DNA of 64,000 nt, taken from the NCBI RefSeq assembly GCF_048403405.1, contig NZ_CP183129.1. One strand, written 5' to 3'. The position numbers and the translations under genes were made by a program. The stretch comes from Escherichia coli. GTDB lineage: Bacteria; Pseudomonadota; Gammaproteobacteria; Enterobacterales; Enterobacteriaceae. Shown here piece by piece: positions 18,178 to 29,100 of the stretch. Each line of letters opens with the position of its first letter. Position 1 is the first letter of the stretch. The notes under the pieces are model-generated. The model worked only from the letters and a program-made list of their open reading frames with translations, made no database searches and was not told where the DNA came from.

Positions 18178-20775
18178 TTAAAAGAAGTCATCCTGAAATG
18201 CCAGGTCGATCGTGATCGGGTAGCGACCATACTCTGTTGCGCTGTCCGCATTCTCCAGGATAAGAACATACTTGTTTTTACGATTGAATGCCGTCCCCAT
18301 GAGTTTCATGGTTACATCGCGGGTGCGTTTACCCATATCTTCGTTATCACTGTCGAAGCATACTGTTTCCGTGCCGGAGACGACCTGGTTGTTTTCATCG
18401 ACGATAAAGATATTCAGCGTGCGCGGCTCATTTAAATCATTCACTGCCGAAGTCTGAATAAAACCAATTTTATCAATGCTGTTAACCAGTTTGATCACCT
18501 GATCCCGCGCAACGACGGGCACGGGCTGCCGCTGGGGTTGCTTCTCAGCCGCTTTCTTTTCAAGCGCGCGAATCTTCAACACAGGAACACACACTTCCTG
18601 CAGCATGGCTCCGCCATGAACGAAACGAGCACCCCCTACGAAGTGGAAACGCTGTACTCCTTTGGGTAACAGGAATTCACTTTCATCGCTTGCGCCTGCA
18701 GTATCAGCCAGTTTGCCGTGCCAGCAAAATTCACTTTCAGGCAGTTGATGGCCTACAATAAAACGCTTATTCGCTTCAATCGTGTCTTTGGCTTTACTTT
18801 CCAGCTTCGTTTTATCCTGCTCCACCAGCGCTTGTTGTTGGAACAGGAAGCCGTGATCGGCGGTAACAAAAATTCGGCTGGCATTAAATCGGCTACGCAG
18901 GCGTGAAACCAGATCTTTTAGCTCAGTGATTGCACTTCGGCAGGCCTCAAACGTTTTATCTTCCGTTGCAGCCTTATCACCCATGGCATCTATAGTGTCG
19001 TGCCAGATATAAACTACGGAAGCGTTGCGGATTTGCTCGTTCACTTCCTGGTTATTGGCGTTCTGCAAGTCCTTTGCTTTCAGCGCTACACCATTCACCT
19101 TCGCAAGAATAGCGGCTCTTTTTTCAAACCCGGAAGTGGACATCCCATCGGCGTATACTACACCAGAATTATCAGGAAGATAGCTCAACGACTCATGAGG
19201 CAACAGTGCGGCCATGCCCAGTTGGGTATAGCTTGGGAGCACTCCGGTCTGGGAGCGCAGCTCTGCACTGAAGTGCTTCTCATAGTTGATATGCCTGCCC
19301 AGCTCTTCCGCCACTTCGTAGCGCAATGCATCCGAGATCACGACAAAAACACGTTTGACCTGCGAGGTGTCAAACTGACGTTTAACATTCTCTTTATAGA
19401 AATTGCGCTGCAGGGGTATGCCGCTAAACTGCCAGGCCTGCATACGGTTTTCCGCTTCCAGCAGTTTGTTCCAGCCGCGACTTAGTTCAGTCAGATACCA
19501 ATTGCTGTATAACTCTTCGATGAATTTATCCAGTTCATGCAGGATCATCGCCCCTTTGCTGTGCACTGGTGCAGCATATTCATTGAACAAACGATAGGTC
19601 TGATCGAAGCGATAAATTTCGTCACAATAGGCCTTCCAGAACGCACCTGTATCGGGGAAATTAAACCCGTCGGTGTAACGGTTACGCAAATTCAGCAAGC
19701 GTTCTGCCTGACGAATAGCATTCCAGATAGAAAGATACTCTGGGCGGGTTTGGCTCCAGTATTTCGCACTGCGCTCTGAAACCAACGCTTTAAACGCATC
19801 TCTGTCCAGAGTGGTGCTCTCTTCCTGCAACTGTGTCACCAGACCACGGATAATAAGTTGCTCAATAGCCTCGAAGGTTTCACATTTTGCCAGTGTATAT
19901 GGTGAGCTGTAGTTGTAGTGTTCTTTTGGCTGGAGCGTCTGCTGCAAATCCTCTGCACAGTAATCGTATTCTACTTTATAGCGACGATCGTTGCGCCACG
20001 CCCCCATAAAGGCCAGTGACGAGGCCCGACCAGCCGCGGTAGCCAGCACATTTTTACTCAACCAGTCACGATGTGCTTCATCACCCTGCGCCCAGAGATC
20101 GGTACAGAACAGTTTCAGAAGCAGATTTTCCATTGAAGGAGATTCAGACTGGTATCCCAACTCAAGGCGAAGAATTTCCCAAAGTACCTCATCCAGGCCA
20201 AGCTTCGTCAGTACGGCGAAAGTGTTCTCGAGTGCGCTATCATCTTGCTGCCGTGCTGCGACAAACTGCTGAACCAAAGCAAATAGTATTTCTTTGGTTT
20301 CGAAGGTACTGGCCCCGACCACCACCGCCAGCATTTTCTTATCGAGAGAGTTTTCCGTTTCGCGCTCGGTGACCCATCCCTTCAGGATCTGAGTTCGCTT
20401 AACGGTAAAGAAGGCTTTGCGAAGCTGAATATGTTCGCGTAAACCGAGTTGCGGGATACCCAGAGAATTCAGGGTGATCGCCGCATAATCAGCGTGGAAT
20501 TCGGTACTATAGAGGCGGATATCCAGCAACCAGTCCTGCTCGCGAGCAGGAACCTCACAGGTGAAATAGAGTAAAAATTTCTGCTCAGGCTCGTCGATTT
20601 CGAGTCGTTTTTTTGTTGCGAGCACAGAAACGCCACGCATATCCAGCAGCGTGACATTGTCGAGATCCAGCTCATTAATTGAATCAGTGAAGCGTTGTTC
20701 CGGGTCGTGCCAGAAGACGATACGGTTGTCGGTAAACTTCTGACGAAGCCCTGATTCCAGTTCTTTAAATTGCAT
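18178..20775 (-). CDS. pglZ: BREX PglZ (alkaline-phosphatase-superfamily protein)
   Basis: 865-aa ORF with PglZ-type motifs (…VTADHGF…); positioned between the methyltransferase and brxL. Confidence 0.85.
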   Translation of the reverse strand: MQFKELESGLRQKFTDNRIVFWHDPEQRFTDSINELDLDNVTLLDMRGVSVLATKKRLEIDEPEQKFLLYFTCEVPAREQDWLLDIRLYSTEFHADYAAITLNSLGIPQLGLREHIQLRKAFFTVKRTQILKGWVTERETENSLDKKMLAVVVGASTFETKEILFALVQQFVAARQQDDSALENTFAVLTKLGLDEVLWEILRLELGYQSESPSMENLLLKLFCTDLWAQGDEAHRDWLSKNVLATAAGRASSLAFMGAWRNDRRYKVEYDYCAEDLQQTLQPKEHYNYSSPYTLAKCETFEAIEQLIIRGLVTQLQEESTTLDRDAFKALVSERSAKYWSQTRPEYLSIWNAIRQAERLLNLRNRYTDGFNFPDTGAFWKAYCDEIYRFDQTYRLFNEYAAPVHSKGAMILHELDKFIEELYSNWYLTELSRGWNKLLEAENRMQAWQFSGIPLQRNFYKENVKRQFDTSQVKRVFVVISDALRYEVAEELGRHINYEKHFSAELRSQTGVLPSYTQLGMAALLPHESLSYLPDNSGVVYADGMSTSGFEKRAAILAKVNGVALKAKDLQNANNQEVNEQIRNASVVYIWHDTIDAMGDKAATEDKTFEACRSAITELKDLVSRLRSRFNASRIFVTADHGFLFQQQALVEQDKTKLESKAKDTIEANKRFIVGHQLPESEFCWHGKLADTAGASDESEFLLPKGVQRFHFVGGARFVHGGAMLQEVCVPVLKIRALEKKAAEKQPQRQPVPVVARDQVIKLVNSIDKIGFIQTSAVNDLNEPRTLNIFIVDENNQVVSGTETVCFDSDNEDMGKRTRDVTMKLMGTAFNRKNKYVLILENADSATEYGRYPITIDLAFQDDFF

Positions 20776-21344
20776 TATTGATTCTCAAACCATTCGACCA
20801 GTTCATGAGCGCTAGGGCAAGCAGGGTGTCTGGCAGAACTCTGAATATCAAAACCGTGATGCGTTACCATTCTCCTGGCAAATGCGGTTTTAGAACTTCC
20901 CGGTCCCTGTTTTCCTAGCTCGCGTGAAATTACTTTTAAACGATCCCATGGCATTTCAGTTGTAGCTTCAGGTAACTCTTCATTAAATGTGTCTACTTTA
21001 AGCCATTTTTTCATTGCCTCTGAATCGGCAAGAAACCAAGCCTCAACTGCTTTGACTGCGATAAACGAGATGTCGACATCTTGATGGGCAATTCGGGCCC
21101 GTACATCAGCAACAGATGCCGCATCTTCCAGGTCGGTCAGAATACAGATCCGTTCAGCACCTACATTTCTGAGCCTAGCAACGAAATTATCAACATACTT
21201 CGGTAACAGGTTACCACCACCTTTGGCATCAATAACGGGAGTTACCAATTCAAAATTATTCGTGCGCAGAAATGCAATGAACGCTGGTGAATTCACGATG
21301 ATTGACTCAGTATCACCTTCAACGATAAAACCTATTTTTACCAT
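20775..21344 (-). CDS. small TOPRIM-like protein (DUF4276-like) embedded in the BREX operon
   Basis: 189 aa; N-terminal IGFIVEGDTE and downstream ICILTDLED resemble TOPRIM Glu and DxD motifs; start overlaps the ATPase stop by 7 nt and its stop overlaps the pglZ start (TAATG). Confidence 0.6.
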   Translation of the reverse strand: MVKIGFIVEGDTESIIVNSPAFIAFLRTNNFELVTPVIDAKGGGNLLPKYVDNFVARLRNVGAERICILTDLEDAASVADVRARIAHQDVDISFIAVKAVEAWFLADSEAMKKWLKVDTFNEELPEATTEMPWDRLKVISRELGKQGPGSSKTAFARRMVTHHGFDIQSSARHPACPSAHELVEWFENQ

Positions 21345-22459
21345 GGCAAACCGCCATCAAACATATTCATCAGCCACGCGGTATCCAGTGGGATTTCCTT
21401 TTTATCAACCCCCGCATCTGAAGCATGCATCAGCTGAGTTTTCCCCTCTTTTTTACTAACAAACCACAGTTCGTCTGGTTCCAGATTGCGAACAATAGAT
21501 TCACTATGGGTAGTAATAACAATTGGATGATTCAAAGAGGCATTTTCACGCATCAATTGCACAAGTTCCCCAATGGCTTTTGGGTGAATACCGCGTTCAG
21601 GCTCTTCAATAATGGTCATCCCCGTTTGCTGTGCTCGACTCAAGATGGCCGTCATAATACAAAGCGTGAAGATGGTGCCGTCAGAGATAAGATGGGCAGG
21701 AAAGCGGGCACGAGTTCCCTGTTCTTTAAAGGTCAATACCGTTGAGCCATCCAATTTTTGTTTCTCGGTCGATACATTTTCCATCCCCGGAACGATGAGT
21801 TCCATCCACTCCAGTATTTGCTCTTTAAATTCGCTATTCGATTCGAGAGCAGCAAGCACAGAAGCAATGTTTCGACCATGACTGTCCAGAAATGTCGAGT
21901 CAGTTTTGGCGCTATCGGGCTCTTTAGCACGTAACGGATCGATGCGAAAAACAACAATATTGGTCAAAAAAGCGTACAGTTCACTTTTCCCCAGTAGCAT
22001 TAGTGCCGTCATATCTGACGAGTAGTTAGGGATTAAAGTCGCAGGGATTTCATCACTATCGCTCAGGCGAATCATAAGAGTATCAGGGTGCTTACGATCA
22101 ATATAAATATCTCCATCAATGACCAACTTTTCAGTGATTGTTGGTTTTTTATCCATGTTTTTGATCGTCAAGTCATAGGTAAACTGTTTTCCTCCCAGCT
22201 CAATTTGAAGGTGCAGTGAAGCCGTAGTCCGATTTTCCTTACGCAGCTTGTAGCAATGAATCTGCTGAAAACCGCCAAAATCACGGATTGCTTGTGTCGC
22301 CCCGGTTTTCACTACGGCACCAAAAAAAGCCAATGCATCGGTAATGTTACTTTTGCCCGCACCATTGGCTCCAGCAAAGGTGATAAATGGTGGGCTTTCC
22401 ACAAGGGAAAGCTCCGCGATGCTCTTGTAGCCTTTAATAATCAGGGGATGTTGATCCAT
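21338..22459 (-). CDS. ABC-type ATPase (AAA_15/AAA_21-like) embedded in the BREX operon
   Basis: 373 aa; Walker A (GANGAGKSN) near the N-terminus and C-terminal ABC-like H-loop region (IVITTHSESIV); start overlaps the pglX stop (TAATG). Confidence 0.7.
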   Translation of the reverse strand: MDQHPLIIKGYKSIAELSLVESPPFITFAGANGAGKSNITDALAFFGAVVKTGATQAIRDFGGFQQIHCYKLRKENRTTASLHLQIELGGKQFTYDLTIKNMDKKPTITEKLVIDGDIYIDRKHPDTLMIRLSDSDEIPATLIPNYSSDMTALMLLGKSELYAFLTNIVVFRIDPLRAKEPDSAKTDSTFLDSHGRNIASVLAALESNSEFKEQILEWMELIVPGMENVSTEKQKLDGSTVLTFKEQGTRARFPAHLISDGTIFTLCIMTAILSRAQQTGMTIIEEPERGIHPKAIGELVQLMRENASLNHPIVITTHSESIVRNLEPDELWFVSKKEGKTQLMHASDAGVDKKEIPLDTAWLMNMFDGGLPW

Positions 22460-25400
22460 TATGCCTCCTGTGGCGCACTGCCGGTGATCGCCTTGACATC
22501 CGCCAGCAGATCGCCAAATTTGCCGTAGTTAACCTTAACGCCGTCATCCAGATCAATAGTGATACGTCTATCAGCATAGTGACGCAAGCGATCGTCAAAA
22601 TTGCGCAGCTCGTTGAATTTTTTAGTCAACCCATCCAGCTCTTTTTTCAGGCGTGTGGTGGCAGCGCCCGATTCTGCATTTTTAAGCTGATCGTTAACAA
22701 GATCGATATTTCCCTGGTAGCGTGCCAGCAGCGGAACTACATATTCGGTACGCATACGTGACAATGTGCCTTCATTATAACGGTGCAGATACACCAGGCA
22801 CTCAAACGCCTTCTCTTTACCTGAGCTGAATAGCCAGTAAATTGGGCGCTTCTTGTACATCTTCATATGATCTTTCCAGAACTGGGTGGAAAGATAGCGA
22901 CGGATGGTATCCAGCGAAGACTCGCCTTTTTTCGGCTTGATTGCGTACAAGCAGAGGCTTTCGGCGATGAAATCGAGGTTTTCTTGTAAATGTTCTTCGC
23001 CCCAGACTGTGCGAACGAACTCTTTAACGCGGGAGGTAACATCGTCATCGAACCAGTCAGAATCCATTAATGGCAGGATACCATCTTCATCGGCAGGGAA
23101 GGTTTGGTAGGCGCCTTCATCTACTAATTCAGAAAAGCCTTTGTTACCTTCGTGGGCGTAGACCAAGCCTTCGCGATCAAGGGAATAGCGGCCCATCATG
23201 CAGCCAATAGCCAGGCTAAGTGAGTTTATAACCTGAATCGCCTTAAATTGGTTATATTCATCTTTTGAAATTGAGCTTAATGACTGGAAAACATTATTTT
23301 CCAATGTTATTTCTGCCAAGGCAAGATTGTTTTCGTTTAAAATATTGCATTTTTCATAAAATATTTTGTTATTATCACATTCTAGCTCATGTGTTTTGAT
23401 TAACTTTTGATAAAAAACTTCAGTCTGGTTTTTTAATATGTTTACTAGGCTGCCGTTTTGAAACGCATCCTGATTGAAGGAAAACTGATAACTATTTTCC
23501 TGCTGACTCCAATTTTCTTTAGCCAGAGAAATTAGTTCAGCAGTGTTCAAGGATAGGCTCTCAATCATTTTCTCATCAAAAAATGCTGGTAATTTACTTA
23601 TATCCCCCGGTTGATAATTTAATGTTGGAGAGATAGCCTTTATTAAAGAGATAATAATATCACTATTAATAAATGCTAACACAGGCAGGTAAAGGTCTTC
23701 ATTATTAACAAATAACGAAGACCCTGCATTGTCAAATAATGAGGACTCTGAGACTCTTGCAGATGTCTTGCTTGAGGAAAGAGCGTTCCATGTAATCCCT
23801 TTTTTAAATATAAAATCTAAATTATAGTTATGCGAACGTACCTTTCCTGATTTTTCATCGGTAAAATTTTGAATTTCCCGACCATCGTCGAACCAATTTA
23901 CGACATAATCAAGATTACCGTACCACTTTCTATATTCACCACCTTTCTGATAAGGGAACCATTTCAGACCGGATTTTTTAGCTTGAATACGATCAGTAAA
24001 ATCAAAACCGATATTCGCGAAATTAACTTCATGCCAAAAACGTAAAAAACGCTCATTATCCGCTGTTGCCATTCCAAGGCGTGTTGAGGCAATTTGAGAT
24101 ATTTTTTTATTATCAAATAAATTAACCTCACTTTCGCTGAGCCAATACGCAATCGGTGCACCGGGGATTTTTTGGAAGTCATCGGCAGCGGCAGTCTTTA
24201 AACGATCGTTTTTAACCGGAAATTCTTTTGGATATCCTTCATCATTGATATCGTCATTCTCAGTATAAGAGAATGCCCCTTGATAAGAAGGAATGTGAAC
24301 ATTTCTAAACACTGTTGCATTGGTACCAAAGGCAATTTTCATAACGCCATTGCCCATATGTACCATCGTCTCAATAGTGTATTTATCCAATATATTCGCA
24401 CGCATATTTTCATAGCTAGACAAAAACATCCATGATTGCATAGTCACCATTGAGTTGTACGCAGCATCTTTGAGCCAGGAAAAACCCCGCTCAATAAACA
24501 TCGCAAACAAATCTGACTTACTGTCCGGGAATTGTTTCTTAGCGAACTCTTTCAGTTCACCGTTCATCCCTTTCCCACCCATATACGGCGGGTTCGCCAC
24601 AACCGCATCGTAACGCTGCGCCAAAATCCACGCCTGCTGAATATACGGAATCAGCTCTGCTGCCGCTTCTTTCTGCGGGATATCACCCTCGACAGCCAGA
24701 CGATATAGTCCACCCAGGAATGTCTTCAGCGCCGTTTCATCTTCCTGCGGCACCTGAATCAGTGATCCCAGCGTTTTTGCACTAGTGAACAAAGCCAGAG
24801 TACGCATCAGTAGCTTATATTCCGCGCTGTCGGTATTGGCCAGTGACGTCCCTTGGGTAAACATATCTCCCATGCTGCCGCGTTGCGCCTGCTGATGAAA
24901 GTTCAGCTTGGTCCACAGTTCAGCGATATCCAGTTTACTTTCCTGCAGCGAAACGATATTCAGGCGAACGCCACGGCCCAGAATACGACGATCGTCCTGA
25001 CGGGCAAGCATCAGCATCGCAAAACCGGAAAGCTGCGCCGCACGGTCATCAATATCTAGGCCGAAAATATTGTTTTCCAGAATCAGCTGCGGAATGTCAC
25101 GGGTACGGTAGCCACGCTCTTCGTAAATGGCCTTCAGCACGTTATAGGCTTCGGTCAGGATATGCCCGGAGCCGCAGGCCGGGTCCAGCACCTTAATACT
25201 TTCTGGTTCAATGCTTGATGGGGTAATAGCCGCCAGCTGTGCCTGCACTTCCGGCGTTTGTTCCGCTGGCTCAATGTAGTACGGCATTTTGCCTTTCAGG
25301 CTGGAGTCCGGATAGGTTTGCAGCCACTGGCGGCCCACCGAGTTCTGCACCAGATACTGCACAATCCAGTTCGGAGTAAACAGCTGGGTAGCGGCAGGAA

Positions 25401-26112
25401 TATCTTCGCTCTTCACCACCTTGCCGATCACATCATCTTTTTTCTCGGAAATATAAAACTGATACAACCAGCCGATCACTTCGACCTGTTTCCAGTCTTC
25501 TTCAGGAATCGTGTCCACCAGCCCGCGCAGAATAGAGTCGGTGCGAGTCAGGTTATCCGGCAATACCAGTTCGATATCATCATTGACTGCTTCGAACAGG
25601 AAAGGCATAGCGCCGTGCAGCGCATGGCACTGTGCAAGCAATAGTTCACGGTACAGCTCTTCGTCACGATCGCCCGCCAGCTTCATCTCCACCAGGCGTG
25701 ATTTGTCCAGCCCAAGTGCATCAGCCACTTCCGGCACATGATCCAGAACCTCAAAACTCCCTTCCAGGGTCGGGTGAGACAGCATACGGAAACCGTGATC
25801 AAGATAGCCATGCAGCTCCATATAGCGAATAGCGCAAAAGCGGTTAAACCAGGTGTAAGCGATGTGCTCCACCAGCACGTCATAGCCCTGCTTTTCTGCA
25901 CGCTTGACCAGACGTTCACGGCGTGAAGCCAGTGATTTATCCAGCGAGAACTGACCATATCGCACACTGTCGCCAAGATCGGTTGCTTGCGCTATTTGCA
26001 GGTTGCCTTTTTTATCGGCGTCAATACCCAGCGTGGTCAGTTTTTGCATGACCGCATCGCGGAACTGTTTACGTGCCACCGGGGCGTATTTTTTGATATT
26101 TGACGTATTCAT
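22459..26112 (-). CDS. pglX: BREX PglX (N6-adenine DNA methyltransferase / specificity protein)
   Basis: 1217-aa ORF with methyltransferase motif I (LDPACGSGHIL) and motif IV (VVANPPYMGG); AT-rich central to C-terminal block. Confidence 0.85.
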   Translation of the reverse strand: MNTSNIKKYAPVARKQFRDAVMQKLTTLGIDADKKGNLQIAQATDLGDSVRYGQFSLDKSLASRRERLVKRAEKQGYDVLVEHIAYTWFNRFCAIRYMELHGYLDHGFRMLSHPTLEGSFEVLDHVPEVADALGLDKSRLVEMKLAGDRDEELYRELLLAQCHALHGAMPFLFEAVNDDIELVLPDNLTRTDSILRGLVDTIPEEDWKQVEVIGWLYQFYISEKKDDVIGKVVKSEDIPAATQLFTPNWIVQYLVQNSVGRQWLQTYPDSSLKGKMPYYIEPAEQTPEVQAQLAAITPSSIEPESIKVLDPACGSGHILTEAYNVLKAIYEERGYRTRDIPQLILENNIFGLDIDDRAAQLSGFAMLMLARQDDRRILGRGVRLNIVSLQESKLDIAELWTKLNFHQQAQRGSMGDMFTQGTSLANTDSAEYKLLMRTLALFTSAKTLGSLIQVPQEDETALKTFLGGLYRLAVEGDIPQKEAAAELIPYIQQAWILAQRYDAVVANPPYMGGKGMNGELKEFAKKQFPDSKSDLFAMFIERGFSWLKDAAYNSMVTMQSWMFLSSYENMRANILDKYTIETMVHMGNGVMKIAFGTNATVFRNVHIPSYQGAFSYTENDDINDEGYPKEFPVKNDRLKTAAADDFQKIPGAPIAYWLSESEVNLFDNKKISQIASTRLGMATADNERFLRFWHEVNFANIGFDFTDRIQAKKSGLKWFPYQKGGEYRKWYGNLDYVVNWFDDGREIQNFTDEKSGKVRSHNYNLDFIFKKGITWNALSSSKTSARVSESSLFDNAGSSLFVNNEDLYLPVLAFINSDIIISLIKAISPTLNYQPGDISKLPAFFDEKMIESLSLNTAELISLAKENWSQQENSYQFSFNQDAFQNGSLVNILKNQTEVFYQKLIKTHELECDNNKIFYEKCNILNENNLALAEITLENNVFQSLSSISKDEYNQFKAIQVINSLSLAIGCMMGRYSLDREGLVYAHEGNKGFSELVDEGAYQTFPADEDGILPLMDSDWFDDDVTSRVKEFVRTVWGEEHLQENLDFIAESLCLYAIKPKKGESSLDTIRRYLSTQFWKDHMKMYKKRPIYWLFSSGKEKAFECLVYLHRYNEGTLSRMRTEYVVPLLARYQGNIDLVNDQLKNAESGAATTRLKKELDGLTKKFNELRNFDDRLRHYADRRITIDLDDGVKVNYGKFGDLLADVKAITGSAPQEA

Positions 26113-26160
26113 ATGAAGTCCTGAAAAGGGCAGACAATGTCTGCCCTGAAAATGGGGAAA

Positions 26161-29100
26161 TTACTGAAGCTGTACGCGTTCACCTGCGTTAATGGCATCC
26201 ATTAGCGTTTTACGGAGTTGTTCCAGCGCTTTGTCTACCTGTTCGGCGTTATCCAGCGTTGTCACACCCGCCGCTCGTTCCATCGTTTTACGCGTGTTTA
26301 CGTAGATGGTTTTTTTCAGCTTGGGTTCAGGCTTAACTACGGGGTCGATAATCCCAGGCTGAGGAGCAGGTTTTGGATCAGACACTTTCTTACGCTGATC
26401 CTCAACCCAGCCGTTCAGCCGTTCATTCGCTTTAAATTGTAGCGCTCGAACCTCAGCCTGTTCTTCCATAATCTGTGGGATCAGGCCGTTCTGCTCCACT
26501 TTCTTACGCGATTGTTGCATCGGGTGTAAAAGCGAGTGTTGCAAGTCAGCAGGGACGTGCATCTCCTGCATGCTTTGCTTAAGTTCATTGATATGACCAT
26601 CGATCTGTAGCAGCGCATGGCTTCGATATTCTTCGACCAGACGCTGGTTGATGGTTTCAACGGTTTCAATCAGCGGGATAATCCGATGCAGTTCTCCATA
26701 AGGTCGTGCCTTGCTGTAGATCCCTTCCAGTTCCTGTAACGCCTTTTGGGCCGTTTCGTCTTTATCCAGCGCGTTACGGTTAGCTTTAAAACTGCCATTC
26801 AACGCCATACTCAAGCGCTGCCAGGTAGCGTATTGGTTTTTGTAGAAGCTAACCAAATCGTCCCAGTCTTCCGAGAAATCTTTAAGATCGTCAGCCGCTG
26901 CGGTGATTTTTTCAATGACCGCGTATTCCTCTTTCTCGTTAAGGATCCCGTTCAGCAATACCAGACCTTCTTCTATCTCTTTACGGCCAGGGTTTTGTCC
27001 ACTCTCTGCACGAGTTTTAAAAACAGTCAACTCGCTATTCCAGCGGCCAAAGAGTTCGCGAATATGAGAGACCAACGACTGTTCTTCACGCTCGTTAAAC
27101 GGCTCTCCAGCAATCTCTGCCATCAGCTGCGCAGCTTTAGTCAACTGTGCTTCATCATGGCGACGAACTTTATGCAGACGCAAATCGCTGTAACGACGTG
27201 AATTATTAAACGCGTCCCACGCCTGCTTCAGTGCGATTTCACTGCCTTGCAGAGTGAAGCTGTATTTACCGCTGCGTGCCAGCCGAGCAACCAGCAATTT
27301 GACTTCATCTTCCGGCCAGCCAAACGGGCGACGGCCAAAAGTGGTGAGAATATCCCGCAGGTAAACTGGCTTATGAGTCTCAATACTCATGCTGATCCAG
27401 TTATCCACTTCACGCATCGCCTCTGGGTTGGATTCTTCCATACCCCCGAGATCGAGCTGGGTATCATTTTCTACTGTCAACAGCGCGTGAGTTTCACGAT
27501 TTACGTCTCCGGTACTAAGACGCAGCAATTTTAGTTTAGAGAAACTGTTCTCGATAACGTAACCGCAGGCTGCATCCACGATAGCTAACGGCGAAGAGGA
27601 TTTCTTATCCAGCCGTTCGCCCAGCGCCCAGACATCAGCTTGAGCCAGCAAGCCTTCAATCTGCGCCTTAAGCGTTTTTTCACGCATACTATTTTCACGG
27701 CCTTTTTCCGCCAACAGCGTTGCCTGTTCCGGGCGCTGGCCGCTTTGCTTGCTGAGGAAAGCTTTGGTCTGAGCGTACATGGTCAGGTCTTGCCAGGTAC
27801 GAGCCTCATCAGGCAGGCAAATTAAGATGCAGTCTTTACTGTCCGTCATCAGCAGACTATTAGAATGCGCACCCTTATAGCTCTCGTAGTTCGAGTCCAG
27901 TGGCGTGAGCACTTTAACCACCAGATCGTTAAGATTCGCACCATCCAGCGGATGTCCGTTACAAAAACGACTGATATCAAAATCCTGCTTATTGGCCGGA
28001 TAGCGATATCTTTTGTTTTTCAGGATCTCTTCGAAAATGATGGTTGAGAGTTGCTTATTGATGGTGGTGAATTCCACGTCAATATTGCGGATTTCGTTTT
28101 CAATCTCTTTTTCTTCGTTAGTGAGAAAAACAAATTTGTCATCAATACGCGAGATCAGCATCTCAGCCTGCAGACGATTAAGGCTGGCTTCAATCTGTCG
28201 ACGGAGTTCCACTTTATCAGTATCAATACGCTCAATAGAGAGCGTGACGAGATTGTCGAGAGTACTTTTCAGCACATCGACGTAGCGGATCAGGAACAGT
28301 GTCTTTAGTAGTTTGCCGTCAAATTCAGTCAGTGACGGAGACTGGCAGGCCTGAATAATAGTGCGGCTAACTGCAGGTTCCAGGAAGCTTTCAATCGCTG
28401 AATAGAAGCGCCAGAACGGGACCAGACTATCCAGACCATCTGCGGAGATTTGCACAGCAGCCGACTGGAAGGCATCTAGCAAAGAGCGCTCCCCCATTGC
28501 CAGCTGCTTACCTGCGGCCCCTTTAGTACGGATTGATTCAAAGACTTTTTGCAGGATCTGGTAATGCCACGGTACAAACGGATAGTTATCCACGAACTCG
28601 CGGCTGTTTGTATAGGCTCGCAGAGTAGCGGTCGTTGTCGTGTCAAACGCCAACTGGTTACGCAGAATATCGCCTTTTTCCTGCCAGATAGCTTCCAGCG
28701 CCGGTATTGCCGCATCGGTTTTTACCAGCAGACGTTTCTGGATAACTTCTGAAGTATTCGAGCTGGAGAGTTGTAAGCGCGTTGAGAAACGTCCCTGAAT
28801 CTTGGAGAAGTCCTGACCATCACGACTGCTCATACCGCCAATAGCAGCATTAATGTCAGCCTGGGAGGTAACTATCACCCATGCCCGCCCACCACAAATA
28901 ACGCCCAAGTTTTCGGTGATAGTTTGCAGCTTGAGCATCATCTGAGCATCTTTACCAATGAACTGACCAACTTCATCGACCATAAACAGGATATTGCGAT
29001 TACCATGGCTGTCGAGCCACTCTTTCACCCACGTACAGAAATTTTTGATATCCAATGGGAAGTTCTTATCAAGTTGCTCGATCCATTGACGAGAAGACTC

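Noticed and set aside
20775-22459. Calling the embedded pair a canonical PARIS (AriA/AriB) system
   Set aside because: The ATPase fits, but the nuclease partner is only 189 aa, shorter than the ~300-aa DUF4435 AriB I recall; kept as PARIS-like or OLD-like pending profile searches.
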